Positions 41,481 through 55,797 of a stretch of 64,000 nucleotides of DNA are shown in pieces. Both the position numbers and the translations under genes were made by a program. Source of the DNA: the human T2T-CHM13v2.0 reference genome, Homo sapiens. The notes beneath the pieces were generated by a model. The model saw only the letters and a program-made list of their open reading frames with translations. It was not told the DNA's origin and did not search any database. Numbering within the stretch: the first letter of the stretch is position 1; the number at the start of each line of letters is the position of its first letter. Location: the NCBI RefSeq assembly GCF_009914755.1, contig NC_060939.1; one strand, written 5' to 3'.

Positions 41481-44400
41481 GGCCACAAGCCCATAGGGTG
41501 GGAGGCCTGAGAGGAGGAGGGCCGGTGGCCAGGGGAGCAGGTGAGTTTCCTCTGCCGTCCGCGTCCTGGGTGGCGTCTGGCTGTTCTTTCCTCCCTAACC
41601 CTAAGCAGGTTTCTGGGTTGGAAACAGAGAAACTGGGAGAGAAAAAACCACCCCTTCTTCCACTCCTTTCCCAGGTGTCAGCTGTTTTGCCATGGGAGCT
41701 CTGGGTGCCTTGGTCCCCCTGGACCAAGGGCAGCTGGAACCTGGACTCCCAGCCTGAAGCCACGAAGGGAGGTGGGGCAAAGGGGACAAGGTGGCACCCA
41801 GGCCTTTTGGGACCTCCTGCTAAAATCCCACCTTTATCTGCTGCACTACCCTCTCCCAGGCCCGGCAACTACCCCCACCACTAAGCCCCAACCCCTCACC
41901 CCTCTGTAGGTCAGGGCTCATCCCTCCCCACCCAGGAGAGGGTGTGGCCAGCTAGCTGGCTGGCTGACAGAGCTCCCAGGGGATCCCACCCCAACCCGGC
42001 CTCAGAGGGTCTGCAGGCTGAAGGGGTCTGAGCAAGGGGGAGCTGCTGATGACATGCACAGCCGTTCTCTGCCTGGGCACTTGGGGGAGGCATGAGGACT
42101 GCCTGCCGGCTCTCTGGGTAGAGGGCAATGCCGCCGCGTGCCAAGGGAGTTTCTGGCCTAACAGCAGATGTGTGGCGAGGGCACAGTGCGAGGTGCTAGA
42201 AAGCAACAGGAAATAACAAGCTGCTCTGATGGGGAAGGGCAGGCAGGGAAACCACAGAAGGACCTCAGCTCAGGCAGGAGAGTCGCAGGAAGGTGGAAGG
42301 TGGGGTCTGGCCAGGAATGCAGCATGAGGCCATCCTGTTCTCTGGGGCCCGGAGGCCAGGGGTGCAGCAGAGTGGCCTGTTTGGGGCGGGCTGGCCCAGG
42401 GTCATGGCCTCAGGACCAGGTGCTAAGAGGCCTGAGGCCTGGAAAGGGGTTCCAGAACCTTCTAGGTAATACAAGCCAGTGGGGTATTCAGAGCCACTAG
42501 AGGTGCCCCTGGCCGTGTTGCTGTGGCTTTGTGGGTTCCCCATATTGGCATAAGATTTCGGGATGATGAGGTGGGGAGAACTGGTAGCCTGAGGGGTGTG
42601 GAACCCCCGGAAGAACAGAGGGAGACCCTAGGCCAAGGCTTCTGAAGAAGGAAAATGTGTTAGTCAGGCAAGGCTGGGAGGAGCTGAACGAGGGGCAGGC
42701 TGCTGGAGGACTTTACAAGAAATGGCGGTCTTCTCATGAGCCCGTTCATCTTGGGCACCCGGCGCTGTGCTTTCTGTGCCTGATGGAGACTGCGGAGGGT
42801 CGGGGCTCTGCGGGAGTCCATGCAGCAGCACCAGGAGGACCCCAAGCGCACAGTTCCTTGAGGACCGGACTCGATTTCCTCGCATCCCTTCCTACAGGGG
42901 TCCCAGCCTGGCCGCAGGACACGGCACACTTCCCATTTGCCGTGGGATGTCAAAGGTGGCTGTGGCTGCAGCCTCTCCATCCAGCATGGAGCCCTAAGCC
43001 TCGAACCTGATGAGATTGCTGCTACTCTACCATTCCTGACCTATGGAAACGGCAACTTCATACGGTTCAGCCTCCTACTTCTTCCTTCTTTCCACCCACT
43101 GGCCAGCCCACCTCGGTGGGGAGGCCGCCTGGGGGTGCCGGAGGTGGGCCAGCCAGGGTGGTCTGGGCCGTGGGTGGTCCTGCCATGGGGGGAGGATGGG
43201 GGACTCTGGTGTCCCTGCCTGGTGTGCAGGGCCACACAGACACTGGGGGTGGGCGGGGGGCGGCGTCCTGCTTTCCAAGTGCCATCAGTCTCCCTGGAAC
43301 AGGAAAGGCTGGTTTCGCTCTAACCACCATCTCTCGCAGAGACAGCCTCCTGGAAGGCTGACAGGCTGCTTGACTCTTCTTGGCACCGGTGCCAGGGACT
43401 CAACCGCAAGTAACAGCATGAAGGGGGCCTGTCGAAAGCTGGCGGCTCGCTGCCAACACAGCCACGGGCGGGCTGCCGCTCCTGTCTCTGCTGCTCCCCC
43501 TTCTGAAGGGGTCCTGGCCCTTTCCACTGCACCGGGCACGAGGCAGAGCCCAGGCTGCATCAGCTACTATCTACGGAGCACCACCTCCATGCCAGGCCTG
43601 GTGCTGGGGGCTCGGGGTACACGAGGGAGAAGATCCCTATGCTTCAGGGGGTCGCAGACTAAGCAAATGAATCATGCAGAGGGACAGGCTGGCGAGTGCT
43701 ATGGGGAAAACTAACCAGCGGGGAAAGGAAGGGGAAGGCGCAGGACTTGAGTTCCTGTCCTCTCCTGAGTCTCAGTTTCTTTGTCTGTAAAATGGGTATC
43801 AGCAGCACAGATGGGAAGAGGGTGATGGAGCAGGAGGCTGGGCACAGAAGGCTGTCCCACGGGGGTAAGACACTGGCTAAAATGTCCACGTAGAAAACAC
43901 TAGATCTTGATCGTCCACAAGAACAGAGGGATTGGCTGATTGGCTGATACTGCCAGTATCATGAGAAACAAATAAAGGCCCCTAGTGATGCCCGGGTGTT
44001 TGGGGGCAGCTTCATGCACACACAGCTTGCACACGGAGCTTCTGCACAAGAAGGCAAATCTCATAGCTGCAAGGTCAGGGTCAGGCCAGGCAGGGGCTGG
44101 ACACACTCTGGGAAGCCTGAGGAGAGGCCCTCAAGGGCAGGTGTGCAGGGACAGATGGAGTCTCTGGCTGCCTGAGAGGGGAAAGGGGAGTGGGTTCCAG
44201 TGGGTGGTAGAGTCTGGCAGGCCCAGAGGGCTCTGTTGGTGGTAGTCGAGGTGGTCACAGAAACCCAGAGGCCTCATCATCTTGGAGATGAAAGTCCCTT
44301 GCCTTTCCCTGCTCCCTGCAGACACCAGGCTGCTCTCCCACTCCGCCTGCTTTGGATGTCGACTCCTCTGTTCCTCCATCCGGAAACTTGCGCTGTGCTT

Positions 44401-46340
44401 CAGGGGCGAGCTTGGTGGATGGGCTCCCCGGTTCTCTGGACAGAGCCAAGGCTCCCAATGGCCTTCAACATCCTGCTGCCCCAGCCTCCATCGCCAGCTC
44501 CCCTTTGCTGGTCTTTGCTCTTCACTAGCCTGGGAGCTTCTGGGAGGGAGGGCAACAACTAGCTCAGAGGCTGGCACAGATGCAACGTCTGTTAAGTGTT
44601 TGCTCCATCAATGAGTGAACAAACACACCTGAGTAACGGAGGCCTGACAGACAGGCGGGGGCAGGCCAAAGGTGCCTGAAGCCAGCCACCGACGTTCTCA
44701 CCGGGGGACCACAATACCCCAGTCTGGCCCGAGTTCTGAGACTGACTTGGCCACAGACACTGACGCTGTCACTGTCTGGCCTCCAGCAGAGCCTGGTTGA
44801 CAGGGCTGAGCTCTCAGCCTGCTGAGATCAAAGGTGGCCTTCGGTTGCAGCAGAAATGGGCTGGGTTGGTGAAGCTCTGCTTCATACTCTTCTGGAAGCC
44901 TCCATGCTGGGATAGGAAGGGAAGTTCTCCCTCCACTGCTCCACCCCGTCACATCACCCCCATCCATAATGGGGGCAGCAGCCCAGCCTCCCTGCACACA
45001 AATCACAAATCCTCCCCGGTGCGTGGCTTGGCTCTGTTGTCGCATTTGGTGCTTCTACCCCCTGGGGTCTGGAGGAGCGAGCCACCTGGGGTCCACATCC
45101 CTCTCACATCCTCAGACCTCCCTGTGCGCCCTGCCAGCCCTTGGGAACCTGCAGGATGGGACAGGGAGGCCAGGTCCCCTCTGAAGCGTGCTGGTGCCTG
45201 GATTTAGAAGCTGCAGCCTCAGGCTCCTGGCGTCCGTCTGTCTTGGCTCTCAGGAGGGCGGGTGGTGGGGAGGTGCAGGGGCCGTGGGGGAGGTGGCTGG
45301 GTCCTTGATGCAGGCAGGCCCTGAGTATGCGGAGGGCTGCGGGGGCACAGGGTGGAGTGTACCGGCTGCAAGTCTTCTCCATTAGGTGTCATGTTGTGGT
45401 GCCAAGGGCCCGCTTGGGAATCCACAGGGCGAAGACCTGCTTATTTCCCGCCCAGCCAGGGACCAGAAAGTGACCCCCTGCAGGCAGGCAAGGGCCACCG
45501 GAGCAGAGGGAAGTGGCAGGGATGGAGCATTTCCTTGGCTGCCAGGTCACCTCGCTGTCCTCCTCTGGGTGTGGAGGGGTGGGAAGGAACAGAAACGCCC
45601 TTGTGGTAAATCTGGCACTGCCCGACACACGGCCTTCCAACTGGCTCTTCCTAGGAAAACAGACCCACTGCCATTTCGCCAAGCTGGAAACCCCAGGGGG
45701 CACCGGTGGGCCGGGCACTGGGGAGGGTGGACGTGTCCCCATCGCCTGAACTGGGAGCCACCAGCTTCCTTCCTGGCCTCGAGGCCTTGCCCTCTGGCTA
45801 AGTCCGATTCAGGACATCCTCCCCAAAAGCAGGTAGGGGAGGGAGGCCTGGGGTAGACAGGAGTGTCCACTTGCGTGGGTCCATGGCTGTGTGTGTGGCT
45901 GCGGCCCTTATGAGCAGGACCTGAGTCCTGCTGCCCACTTGCTGAGGCCTCCTTGGGTTTGAAAACCAGCAGCCCGCAGTGGCCTCGTGGGGCCGCTCAG
46001 AATATGCCAGGTTCTGGAGTCACCCGGGCCTGGGGCAAATTCTAGCTCAGCATTCCAGCTGACTACGCACTTGGGGTGGGAAGGTCACTTGGCCTCTTAG
46101 AGCATCAGGCTCCCCATTTGTGAAGTGGAGCTATGCCTGCCAGGCCGGGCTGGCTCGAGGAAGGAGGGAGGAAGCTGAGACCCACCCCCTTGGGATGCTC
46201 AGGGAGGGTGCTCCTGTGTCCCCGCTCCGCTCCGTCTTCCCCCATTCCCAGGCACCCGAGGCCCTCTCAGCCTCTCAGTGTCCACGCAGGGCAGAGACAA
46301 AGGGCAGGGCTGTGCCCTACAGCCGCCCCCTCCCCCTTAC

Positions 46341-46855
46341 CTTGCTGGTGGCAGTGGCCGCTGAGCCGGGCAGCACAGGCGTGTTGGTGACCTGCACGTT
46401 CAGGTAATTATTGTCGATGAGCGGCCAGGCGCCCTGCACCTTGCAGGTCTGGAAGCGGTCGGTGAAAGTCCTGAGGTGTGGGTCCCCGAAGAGGCCACAG
46501 TGCGTGTAGTTGGGGGTGGCCGAGTGCTTGTGAAAGCTCTTCTCGTAATGGCAGATCTCGGGGCTGTCCGAGCGCTCCTGGCTGTCTCCGGCCGGTGGGA
46601 GCGTGCGCAGGCGTGGCTGCGAGGTGGGGCCATCCTTGGAGCAGTTGTGCTGGCTCATGAGGTCCTCTATGCCATGGACGGCCGAGTGGTAGGCCAGGTC
46701 ACCCCGGCAGGTGCGGGCCGTCCGCCGCGTGCACAGGGCGTAGCTGCGCAAGGCTGCACAGAACTCGGGGGTGTCGTCTGAGGCTGGGGCGTGGCTGCCC
46801 GACGTGGCGCTCCAGAACTCAGAGTTGCACTTGAGGATCTTGCACGGGGAGGTGG
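46341..46855 (-). CDS. RGMA: RGMA penultimate coding exon (N-terminal domain, RGD motif, GDPH autocleavage site)
   Basis: Minus strand ctcag|CCACC...AGC AAG|gtaagg; 515 nt. Encodes [18 protein letters not shown]...[18 protein letters not shown]...[13 protein letters not shown]...ATATSK. RGD at 46698-46706, GDPH at 46476-46487. Confidence 0.98.
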
Positions 46856-48294
46856 CTGAGGAGAAAGGAACGAACACACCGTCGGGGTGCAGCCTGGCAA
46901 CCCCAGCTTCTGCTACCATCTGTGGGCCAGGGGAGCAGCCACACATCGCCTCATCTAGGGCAGAGCCACCCACGCCACACACAGATGGTGAAAAATTTCC
47001 TGCAGGTGGTAGGAAAGGGGTCCTTCTACCCAGCCTATGGCGACCCCAAGTGGACAAGCATGCACACCAGCAGGCTGAAAGGGCTAGTGGGGATCCTCCC
47101 ACAGCGCCAGCCTGCTAGGGAGTGGTCACTGTTTGGGGGCAGTAGGACTTTGGGAGCTGACAGGCCACCCTGGGGCCGCTGACATCTATATACACTTTCA
47201 TGGCCATCCCCAAGAATTTTGGCTAAAGCAACAGGAATCTGGCAGGGAATTGGCCCCACTATTAAATGTGTCCCCAGTCCTGGCATTGTATGACCTTATA
47301 CAAATGGCCTCCCGTCTCTGTGCCTTGTTATACTCATCTGGAAGATGGGATGATGAGTGTGAAGTGATTTATCACGTATAAAGGACTTAGTCTGGCCCCA
47401 GCATTCACGGCCAAAACTCAATGAACGTCGCCTGGTATGAGTGCTCTGTTAGCCCTGGCCATAGAGGAACTGGCTTCCCTTATGCTGACCATAGCCCCAT
47501 CCTCTGTCCTGCTCAGAGAAGCAAGCTGAGAAGCAACTGAGAGTAGTAACCTTGGATCCCTCACAAGCTTTGAGACTTTAGTGACAATTAGCCAAAATGA
47601 CCGTGCCCCAGAACTATGGCTTTAACACACCTTATCTTCTCAACACACAGAACCTGCCCTTTTCTGGCCTTCCTCTGCACAGCCCATAGTGACCACAACT
47701 GGCCAGGCACACAGACCTGCAGCAGGACAGAAGTTCCTACATGGGTTCCAGGAGAAAGGGGCCAGGACACCAGCTGGGAGGTCCAGCCTCTGGGGTCACA
47801 GCCCAGTCCTGGCCTGGGTGGTCTCCAGCGGGGAAAGGGAGCCTCAGCACTCTTGTCTGGGCCACTAACTTGGCTTGTGACCTTGGAAAGGTCAGTTTGT
47901 GTCTCTGGTGCTGGTTTTACCTATAAAATTGAGTTGCACATAAAACCAAGAACAGACACATTTGAGGGCAGGCTAACGCGAGCACGAGTGCCTACCTATC
48001 CCAGCAGCCTTGTGTGAACCCAGCCTGCATTGTGCAGCCCTGGACCTGGGTGATCTCTCCCGCCTCTGCAGGTGGGTGGGCACCATCCTACTGGAGCACA
48101 AGTCACCTTCCCAGATCACAGACCTGAGCACGGGCGAGTCAGTGCTCATCTGAAATTTGGGCTCCCCCCTTCACGTGACCCGTTTGCCATACTGCCAGTA
48201 ACAAGGTAATTTCAGGTGATACCTAAGTGAACACTTTGTCTTTTAATTTGAGAAGTCATATCTTTATTTAAATGTGCATTAAGAAAAAAAAATT

Positions 48295-48625
<331 letters not shown>

Positions 48626-48701
48626 TTATTAGCTTTAAATTGAAGAAGTATACTCACTTAAAGGGTCAGGTTAGGTAAATGACAGTCAGGTGGTGCCCGC
48701 T

Positions 48702-49055
48702 TGATATGGTTCGGCTGTGTCCCCACCCAAATCTCACCTTGAACTGTAATAATCTCCACGTGTCAAGGGTGGGGCCAGGTGGAGATAAGTGAATCAGGAG
48801 GTCATTTCCCCCATACTGTTCTGGTGGTAGTGAATAAGTCTCAGAGATCTGATGGTTTTATAAATGGGAGTTCCCCTGCACATGCTCTCTTGCCTGCTGC
48901 CACGTAAGATGTGCCTTTGCTTCTCCTTTGCCTTCTGTCATGATTGTGAGGCCTCCCCGGCCATGTGGAACTATGAGTCCATTAAACCTCTTTCCTTTAT
49001 AAATTACCCAGTCTTGGGTATGTCTTTATCAGCAGTGTGAAAACAGACTAATACA
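48702..49055 (+). mobile_element. THE1-family MaLR solo LTR
   Basis: tgatatggttcggctgtgtccccacccaaatctc...attaaacctctttcc...cagactaataca. Confidence 0.92.
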
Positions 49056-51589
49056 CCACCGTAAAGGGATGCTGTGGTAGATACGTGGGGGGCACTGGTG
49101 AGATGCCCCCATGTAGTCTTCCTCCTACACAGGTGTGCTCCTGAGGAGAGGTCTCCCTCCCAAGGCAACGAGAAGATTCTCTTGCCCTGCTGTCTTCACG
49201 TCTCCTTAACCTGTACAAGATGTGCAAGGGCCCAACCTACCTGTAGGCTTTGAAATGTTGGTGTGGTAGCTTCCCTGCCGCCCCCTGATAAAGCCGGTAC
49301 AGGAGGTGAGTGTGGTGGGGGCGTGTATGGGGAGGGAGTGCTACGCAGAACAAGCGTTTGGAGGGACCCAGCACACAGGAACTGCCTGGCGCGGTGGCCT
49401 ACACACAATGCCTGTCCCGGCAGCCTCACTAATTCCAGGGGCCCGGTGTGCTGACCTGCCATTCTGCCTCCTCAGAATCATGCAGATGTGGGTGTCAGAG
49501 AAAATCAACCGGAAGGAACACTGGTCTCCTGTTAATGGATGGCCACGCTCAAGCTCCGGTTCACCTGTGGCACTTACTGTGACCAAAGTAGAGGAAAGAA
49601 CACTGCCTGTCCCTTTACAGCAGGTCCCACTGCAACACAAGCAGGAGCTGTGCTGGGCTCTGACTCTCCACCACGACCAAATCTGGTAGAACCTAGGAGA
49701 GCAGGGACCGTGAAGTCCCAGCTGGCTGGCTCCGTCCCAGGTCCGGTGCTGCAGGCGGTACAGGCCTCCCCTCATTGCATCTTCCCGGTGCGACTGCCAT
49801 CCCCAGCTCTCAGGGGAAAGCCGGGCTCTGCTGGGCTGACTTCTTGCCCAAGTCTCACTTCCAGGAAGGAGCCAGGGCAGGACATGAATCCAGCCCGCTG
49901 GACTTGAGAGCTCACGCCCCCGGCAGCCACACATCATCACACAACCTCATTAGCACACCCGATTCCCTCCCCCACGGGTGGGCTCCAGCCTCTCCTGCAA
50001 GACCCATCTTATGACACTGTGCTCCCAGGAGCAGGAGGCCTGTGATCCACACACGCTTTCTCCCTGCCTTGCCTCCAGCAGACAAGTTCCAAGGGGTCAC
50101 CTCCCAGGGTGAGCAGGGGCTCGACGGCAGGGTCAGACTGGTGCCCAGGTGTGGCTCTACCCTCCAAATGGGTAACTCCGCAGCCTCCTGAATTTTAAGT
50201 GGACTGGCTTCGTGATCGGGATCTGCTACCTCCACAGCCTTCAAAACTGTTCTCAGAGCAGCACCGCAGCTACAGAACTCTGGGGTATGTGGGCAGTTCA
50301 TGACAGAAATCCCACCCAGGTACCCCGGAGAGGGGTCCCTCGCATGCTCCAGGGCCACAGAGTGGGATCTGGTAGCCCCAGATGAGGCTGTACTGGGTGG
50401 CCTGGGACCCAGCTCGGCAGGCCCCAGTAGCCCAGGGGTTCTGCAATTCTACCAAGTTCCCAGGAGAGGCCCATGCTGCTGGTCCCCGGCCCACTTTGAG
50501 TAGTGAGGCTTCAGAGTTGGTTCACTTTCTTTTCAACGGTCACAGAAGCCAAGCTAGTGCCTGATGGAGCCGGGCCAGCCCGGAGTGTGTGAAGGCGACA
50601 TTTCCCCAGGATGGGGAGGGGGCTGGTGGCGAAGTTTCAGAGAAGGGGGCTGCAGGCAAAGGAGTGGCAAGAGGCAGACAGCGCCCCCAGGAGCAAACAG
50701 CAGGGATGCGGCCACCTTAGCCCTGATGCAGAGCGGCTAAGAAGCGCCTGAGACGAGGCCCTTTCACTTCTCCGTTCCACATGGGCACCTTCTCCTGCTC
50801 CTCTCCTCCTCCCAGACCCCACCCACTCTAAGAACAAGACCACCCCTCACCCAGCAGGCGTAGCTGTCTGCCTGCCACTCAAAGATGGTGGCAGAGGTCA
50901 CACTCTGGAACCGTTGCACACAGGAACCAGGGTCCCCGTCTCCCCGACTCCTCTGTAGGCTTCAGGACCCTGGTGGTGAGGTGAGCTCCGTGCCCCACTA
51001 TTCCCTCCAAGTTCTGCCAGCCCCAGCTCTGGGTGGGCTGAGGGCCAGCACAGGCCCTGAAGGGAGGTGTCTGGTTCAAAGTCCCACTCTGTCCCCTACC
51101 AGTAGTTTCGGGAACTTGACTCAGCCTGTTTCCTTAACTGTCAAGTAGAGACTGTGTCCACCTTAAAGGGTCGCTGAGGATATGAGGAGATGTACATGGC
51201 GTGCCTGGAGCCCCAGGGGCATCCAACAAACAGGGTCCCCCACAAAGGCCACAGTGGGGTACAATGCTTGCAGCCCCGGGAGGTCAGAGGTTAGAAGTCA
51301 CAGACTTGGGGGACAGGAGGGGCATTGGAGGGAGCCTGCCCCTCCCTGGTGAAGCTCCAGCAGATGTGGCATCTCTCCTCTTCCCTCCTTCCCCGGGGTA
51401 GGCCCTGCTGGCACTCACTCTCAGGGCGCAGTGGATTCCACCTGGATCCAGGTCCCCCAACTCCTGGCAGCTCCTTCAATCCACTGACTGTCCAGGATCA
51501 GTCAATGGTCATGACTGTCGAGGGGGCCTCGCTTCCCATGGGCACCAGGTGGCTTCACCCCACTACCTCACTCACGCCCAGGGAGAGCG

Positions 51590-51971
51590 CTATAGACTGA
51601 ACTTTGTCCCCCTAAATGTGATGGTTGAAGTTCTAATCCCTTATGGGATGACATTTGGGAGGTAATTAGGTTCAGATGAGGTCATGAGAGTGGAGCCCCC
51701 ACGACAGGGTTGGTGCCCTTAAAATAAAGACATTTGGAGAATGCTAAGCGTTCTCTCTCTCTCCCTGCCCCCTCTCCCTCCTTCTGCCACGTGAGGATAT
51801 AATGAGAAGTCCACAGTCTGAGAGCCGGGAGGAGGGCCCTCTCTCTAGAACTGGGCCATGCTGGTACCGGATCTAGGACTTCCCACCTCCAGAACGCTGA
51901 GAAAATAAACGTCTGTTGCTTAAGCCTCCTAGGCTGGGGTATTTTCTTATGGTGGCCAAGCTAAAGAGACA
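51590..51971 (+). mobile_element. MaLR LTR (MLT1A-like)
   Basis: ctatagactgaa...gaggtcatgagagtggagccc...aataaacgtctgttgcttaagcc. Confidence 0.8.
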
Positions 51972-54900
51972 GTCATAGAGGGAAAACTGGCCGCCTCCCT
52001 CCTCTCCTTCCTGCACCCTCCCAAGTCACCTCTGCAGAAGCTGCCAGTATCACTGGAGACATTTGTCTGGCCAGAGACCAAAGGACCAGATTGACTTAAC
52101 TTCACCTACCCCATTTTCCCATTTCCCGACAAGGACGTGTTTTCGCCCAGGGATTGCCCAGGCCTGGGATGATCCCCTTGGCTCTTCAGAGGGAGAGATT
52201 GGGGGGTGGCACATCGAGCTCTCGTATCTCTGCTGGGAGACCTCTGTACCCCACAGCCTGTGTGGTCCAGTCTCTATGTCCTTGTTCCTGACAGAGAGCA
52301 CTCGGTTTCCTGCCTGTCACAACCCCTTCCTTCCCCAAGTTTTCACGGCATCCTAAAATGCCTCTTCTGCTGAGACATTTTCTGGGAGAAGATGCGGTGA
52401 GAAACTCTGGGTCCTGAAGCACAATTTCAACAAGTTTGCCTCTGTCCTTCCCTTGTTAATGAGTAAATGAAGAGACCTTAGATCCTATATGAGAAAGAAA
52501 AATAAGGATACTTGCAATTTCCCCACCCAGAGAGAACTGGAGAGAATTCAGGGTCGACAGGCAACAGGTGAGATGTTCTTATGGGGCAGTGCCCAGTGGG
52601 AGGGTCTCACCGCAGCGGTGGACCTTACTGTGGTGGGGCAGAGCATCGAGATCAACTCCAGCTCCGCCACTCCAGAGCTGTGTGACTGTGGGCAAATTCA
52701 CTGACCTTTCTGAGCTACAGGCATGCACGGGCACCTCACCAGAGGGGTGTTAAAGGGACTGCAGGCACTGATGTGAGCAAAGCCGGGAGACTCGGGAAGG
52801 AAGCTCTGTGACAGCCAGTTTTGTGTTAACTTTGTTTTGTTTAATCACAATTTATGGGAGAGGCTGAGCTTAACTAACAGCTAATGTGTTATCGAGCATT
52901 TACTGTGGGCTAGACATTGTACATGTGTCTCCTTTAGCCCTTAATATAGACCCAGGACTGACTTGTTATCCTCATTCAACAGACAGGGAAACTGAGGCCT
53001 AGAGGCATTAAATAGCTCCCCACCCACCCCACCCTCAGGTACCCTGAAGGGGGCAAGGTGCAAACCACAGCCCTCAGCCCCCAAGCTGCATTCTCCTCTT
53101 CCTTCACACCTCTCGGATTTCCACACGCTCCATACCGGGCAACACGAAGGTGCTGCGGGGCCACAAAGACGAACGAAGACAAGAGTTCTTGTCTTGGGGG
53201 CCTCACTGGGGAAGAGGCTGTGCACCCAGGACTGCATAGGGAGGTTGGGTAGGTACGTGGGCTGGGCCTCACCCCAGAAAACAAAACATGATCGTGACAA
53301 TAAAATAGCCTGCGCTCCCGGGGCCTGTGCAGGTGACACATTGCTTTCCTGTTGGATCCTCGCTACTGCCGATTAGAGGGCAAGAATTTTGATCGTCATT
53401 TTGCAGATGCAAACACGGAGGCTTCGGGCTCGAGCGGGCCTGGGTCACACAAGTGGAAGGGCTGGGGCTGAGATGGGCAGGCCTGGAGCTGTTTCTATGC
53501 TTTTCAAGATGCTTTTGCCACAAGTCCCTCCTCAGGACACCAGCTGAGACTGACCCAGCTCCCCCAAGGCCCAAAAGCATGATGCGGGTCTCCTATGCAG
53601 CCGCAGACCCATCTGGTCTCAGGGCAGTAACCAGAAGCTTAATCGATTCCGGGCCCTCCCTCCACAAAGGTCTGTGCGGAGCCCACCAGGAGCAGCGGCT
53701 GCTGCCAACTGACCCATCCCGACTTCTTGGGTTTCCCAGGTGTCCCAAACTCTCAGGGAACTTGGATCCAGCTCTGCAGATCTTCCTAAGAGTTTACGAG
53801 GCTTCCTCTCTTCCAAAGCTCAAGGGAATGACTTGGAAAAGGCCACTGACAGTGACCAGCTGGGACCAGAATAAAGGGTGACTGCTCCCCTCTGCCATCT
53901 CTCCATGTGGAAAGGAAGCTCTCTGGGAACGATGGGTCCCAGAAATGTGTGTGTGTGGCCTCATTTCCCATGCGAGGGGCTGGGCAGTCCCCACGGGCAG
54001 CGACTGGAGTGAGGGGCCCTGACCTCCACGGCCATCCAGTCACCTTGCCTCCACGGCACTAAATCACCAACTGCAGCCCCCCACCAGAGGTCAAGGACCT
54101 GAATGAAATCTGGCCCAGCATCAAAAGCAATAGCTGTGGTGTCACCTGCCAAAGAGATCTCAGAGAGGCCGATTTTTATGTGCTGTATCTTTATAAAAAG
54201 ACCCCAATTCCAGGCAATAAACCTTAGACTTTTCTGATGCGAACGTCCATGGAAAGAAGGAAGGAAAGTTTGAGCTGAAAAACAGATCTTACAGCAACTC
54301 CTGCAAGCGGAAGAGGAAAGCTGCTTTTCAGAGCAAGCTGCGTTGAACACAGAGCCAGCTGCCCCACAGGGTGTGAGCTGAGCACACCTGCCCAGTACTG
54401 CAGTCCAGAAAGTTATACCTTCTAGCTCTGGAGCTGCCTCTTGATGGATCCAGGACAGCCAATACACACAGAACCAGGGGACTGAAAAACCTAAGAAGTT
54501 TCCTGAGCTTCCATTTCTACTCCAGCCACTGAGTGTGTCCTTGGGCAGGGGCCACCCTCCGGCCCCTTGGTAAGCCTTGCAACCTGGGGTTCGACCTCAG
54601 AGACACAGACACAGAGCTTTATGCCCCTTAGAAGCATATTATGGGGTATTATGTGCACTGCATGTCTTGTTTTGACCCAGGTCTCTTGAGGCCTTGAATT
54701 TTCCTGATTAGCTATAGTGGGGCAAAAAGGAGAATCCAGAAGTGTGCAAAGACAGTGCTCTGGCCCTGTCCAGATCCAACAACAGAAATCCCCTAAACTT
54801 GTCCCGGAGCCCCATGGGGTGAGGGACTCAGCTTAAGCGGTGATGCCCAGGCAATGCCTACAAGACAGAGTGGCTCCCAGACCCGATGGGGGCGGGGTGG

Positions 54901-55511
54901 GCCCTTGGTGCTCAGCTTGGGACCCCTGGCAACCATCTGACCCATTTGCTCCTGACTCGAGCAATCCAGGCCAGAGCTCATGGCTTCTCCGTGCAATCAA
55001 ATTTATCAAAGAGCCCCAACAATCACTTTGTGACCAAAAACAATGGTCACTTTTCAAGGCACACCACGGAATTTTAGAACCTGGGAGCCTGGGGATGTCA
55101 CAGGTCACCAGTTTATGCAGCAGGACATCTCCCTGCAGCACTCCTGCCGGGGCAGGGCTGGCCCCTCCTGCTCTGGACAGCTCCAGCTGTGGATGCACTG
55201 CGGCATCCCAGGACTTCCCCTGGCCCTTGTCTAGAGTCACATAGGAAAGGCTGAAGTAGGGCGGCTTTGTGATTGTCGAGGATGGCCCCTCAGCTTCCCT
55301 GCGCCACCTTCTTGGTCTCTCCAGCTGCTCCTCTCTTTGGCTGTCACTGGACTGTCAGTGTCACCCATCTGCCCTTGCACAGCTGATATTCCTCTAGGAG
55401 GTGGCCGCTGAGCGGCCTCTTCCCCACTTGCATGTCAGTCTTCTGAGGGTTGGGGACCCCCATCTTCGTCCTGGCGTCCATACTCCATACCCAAAGCCTA
55501 TCAGGAGATTT

Positions 55512-55797
55512 ACTTATTTTTTGACATAGAGTCACTCTGTCGCCCAGGCTGGTATGCAGTGGCGCGACCTTGGCTCACACAACCTCCACCTCCCAGGTTC
55601 AAGCAATTCTCCTGCCTCAGCCTCCTGAGTAGCTGGGATTACAGGCACCCGCCAGCATGCCCAGCTAATTTTTATTTCAGTAGAGATGGGGTTTCGATGT
55701 TGCCCAGGCTCGGCCACGAACTCCTGAGCTCAGGTGATCCACCTGCCTCGGCCTCCCAAAGTGCTGGGATTACCGGCATGAGCCACCACGCCTGGCC
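55512..55797 (-). mobile_element. Alu
   Basis: Full Alu; TSD cctatcag(g)agat. Confidence 0.93.

Noticed and set aside
43043-43714. 223-aa ORF, and similar long ORFs at 25245-25886, 37925-38542, 49341-49940 and 56776-57360
   Set aside because: GC-rich non-coding sequence with no splice-consistent structure or recognisable homology.
46856-47102. In-frame upstream extension of the RGMA exon ORF
   Set aside because: Intronic sequence upstream of a clear acceptor at 46856-46857; it lacks a signal peptide and is a chance open frame in GC-rich DNA.
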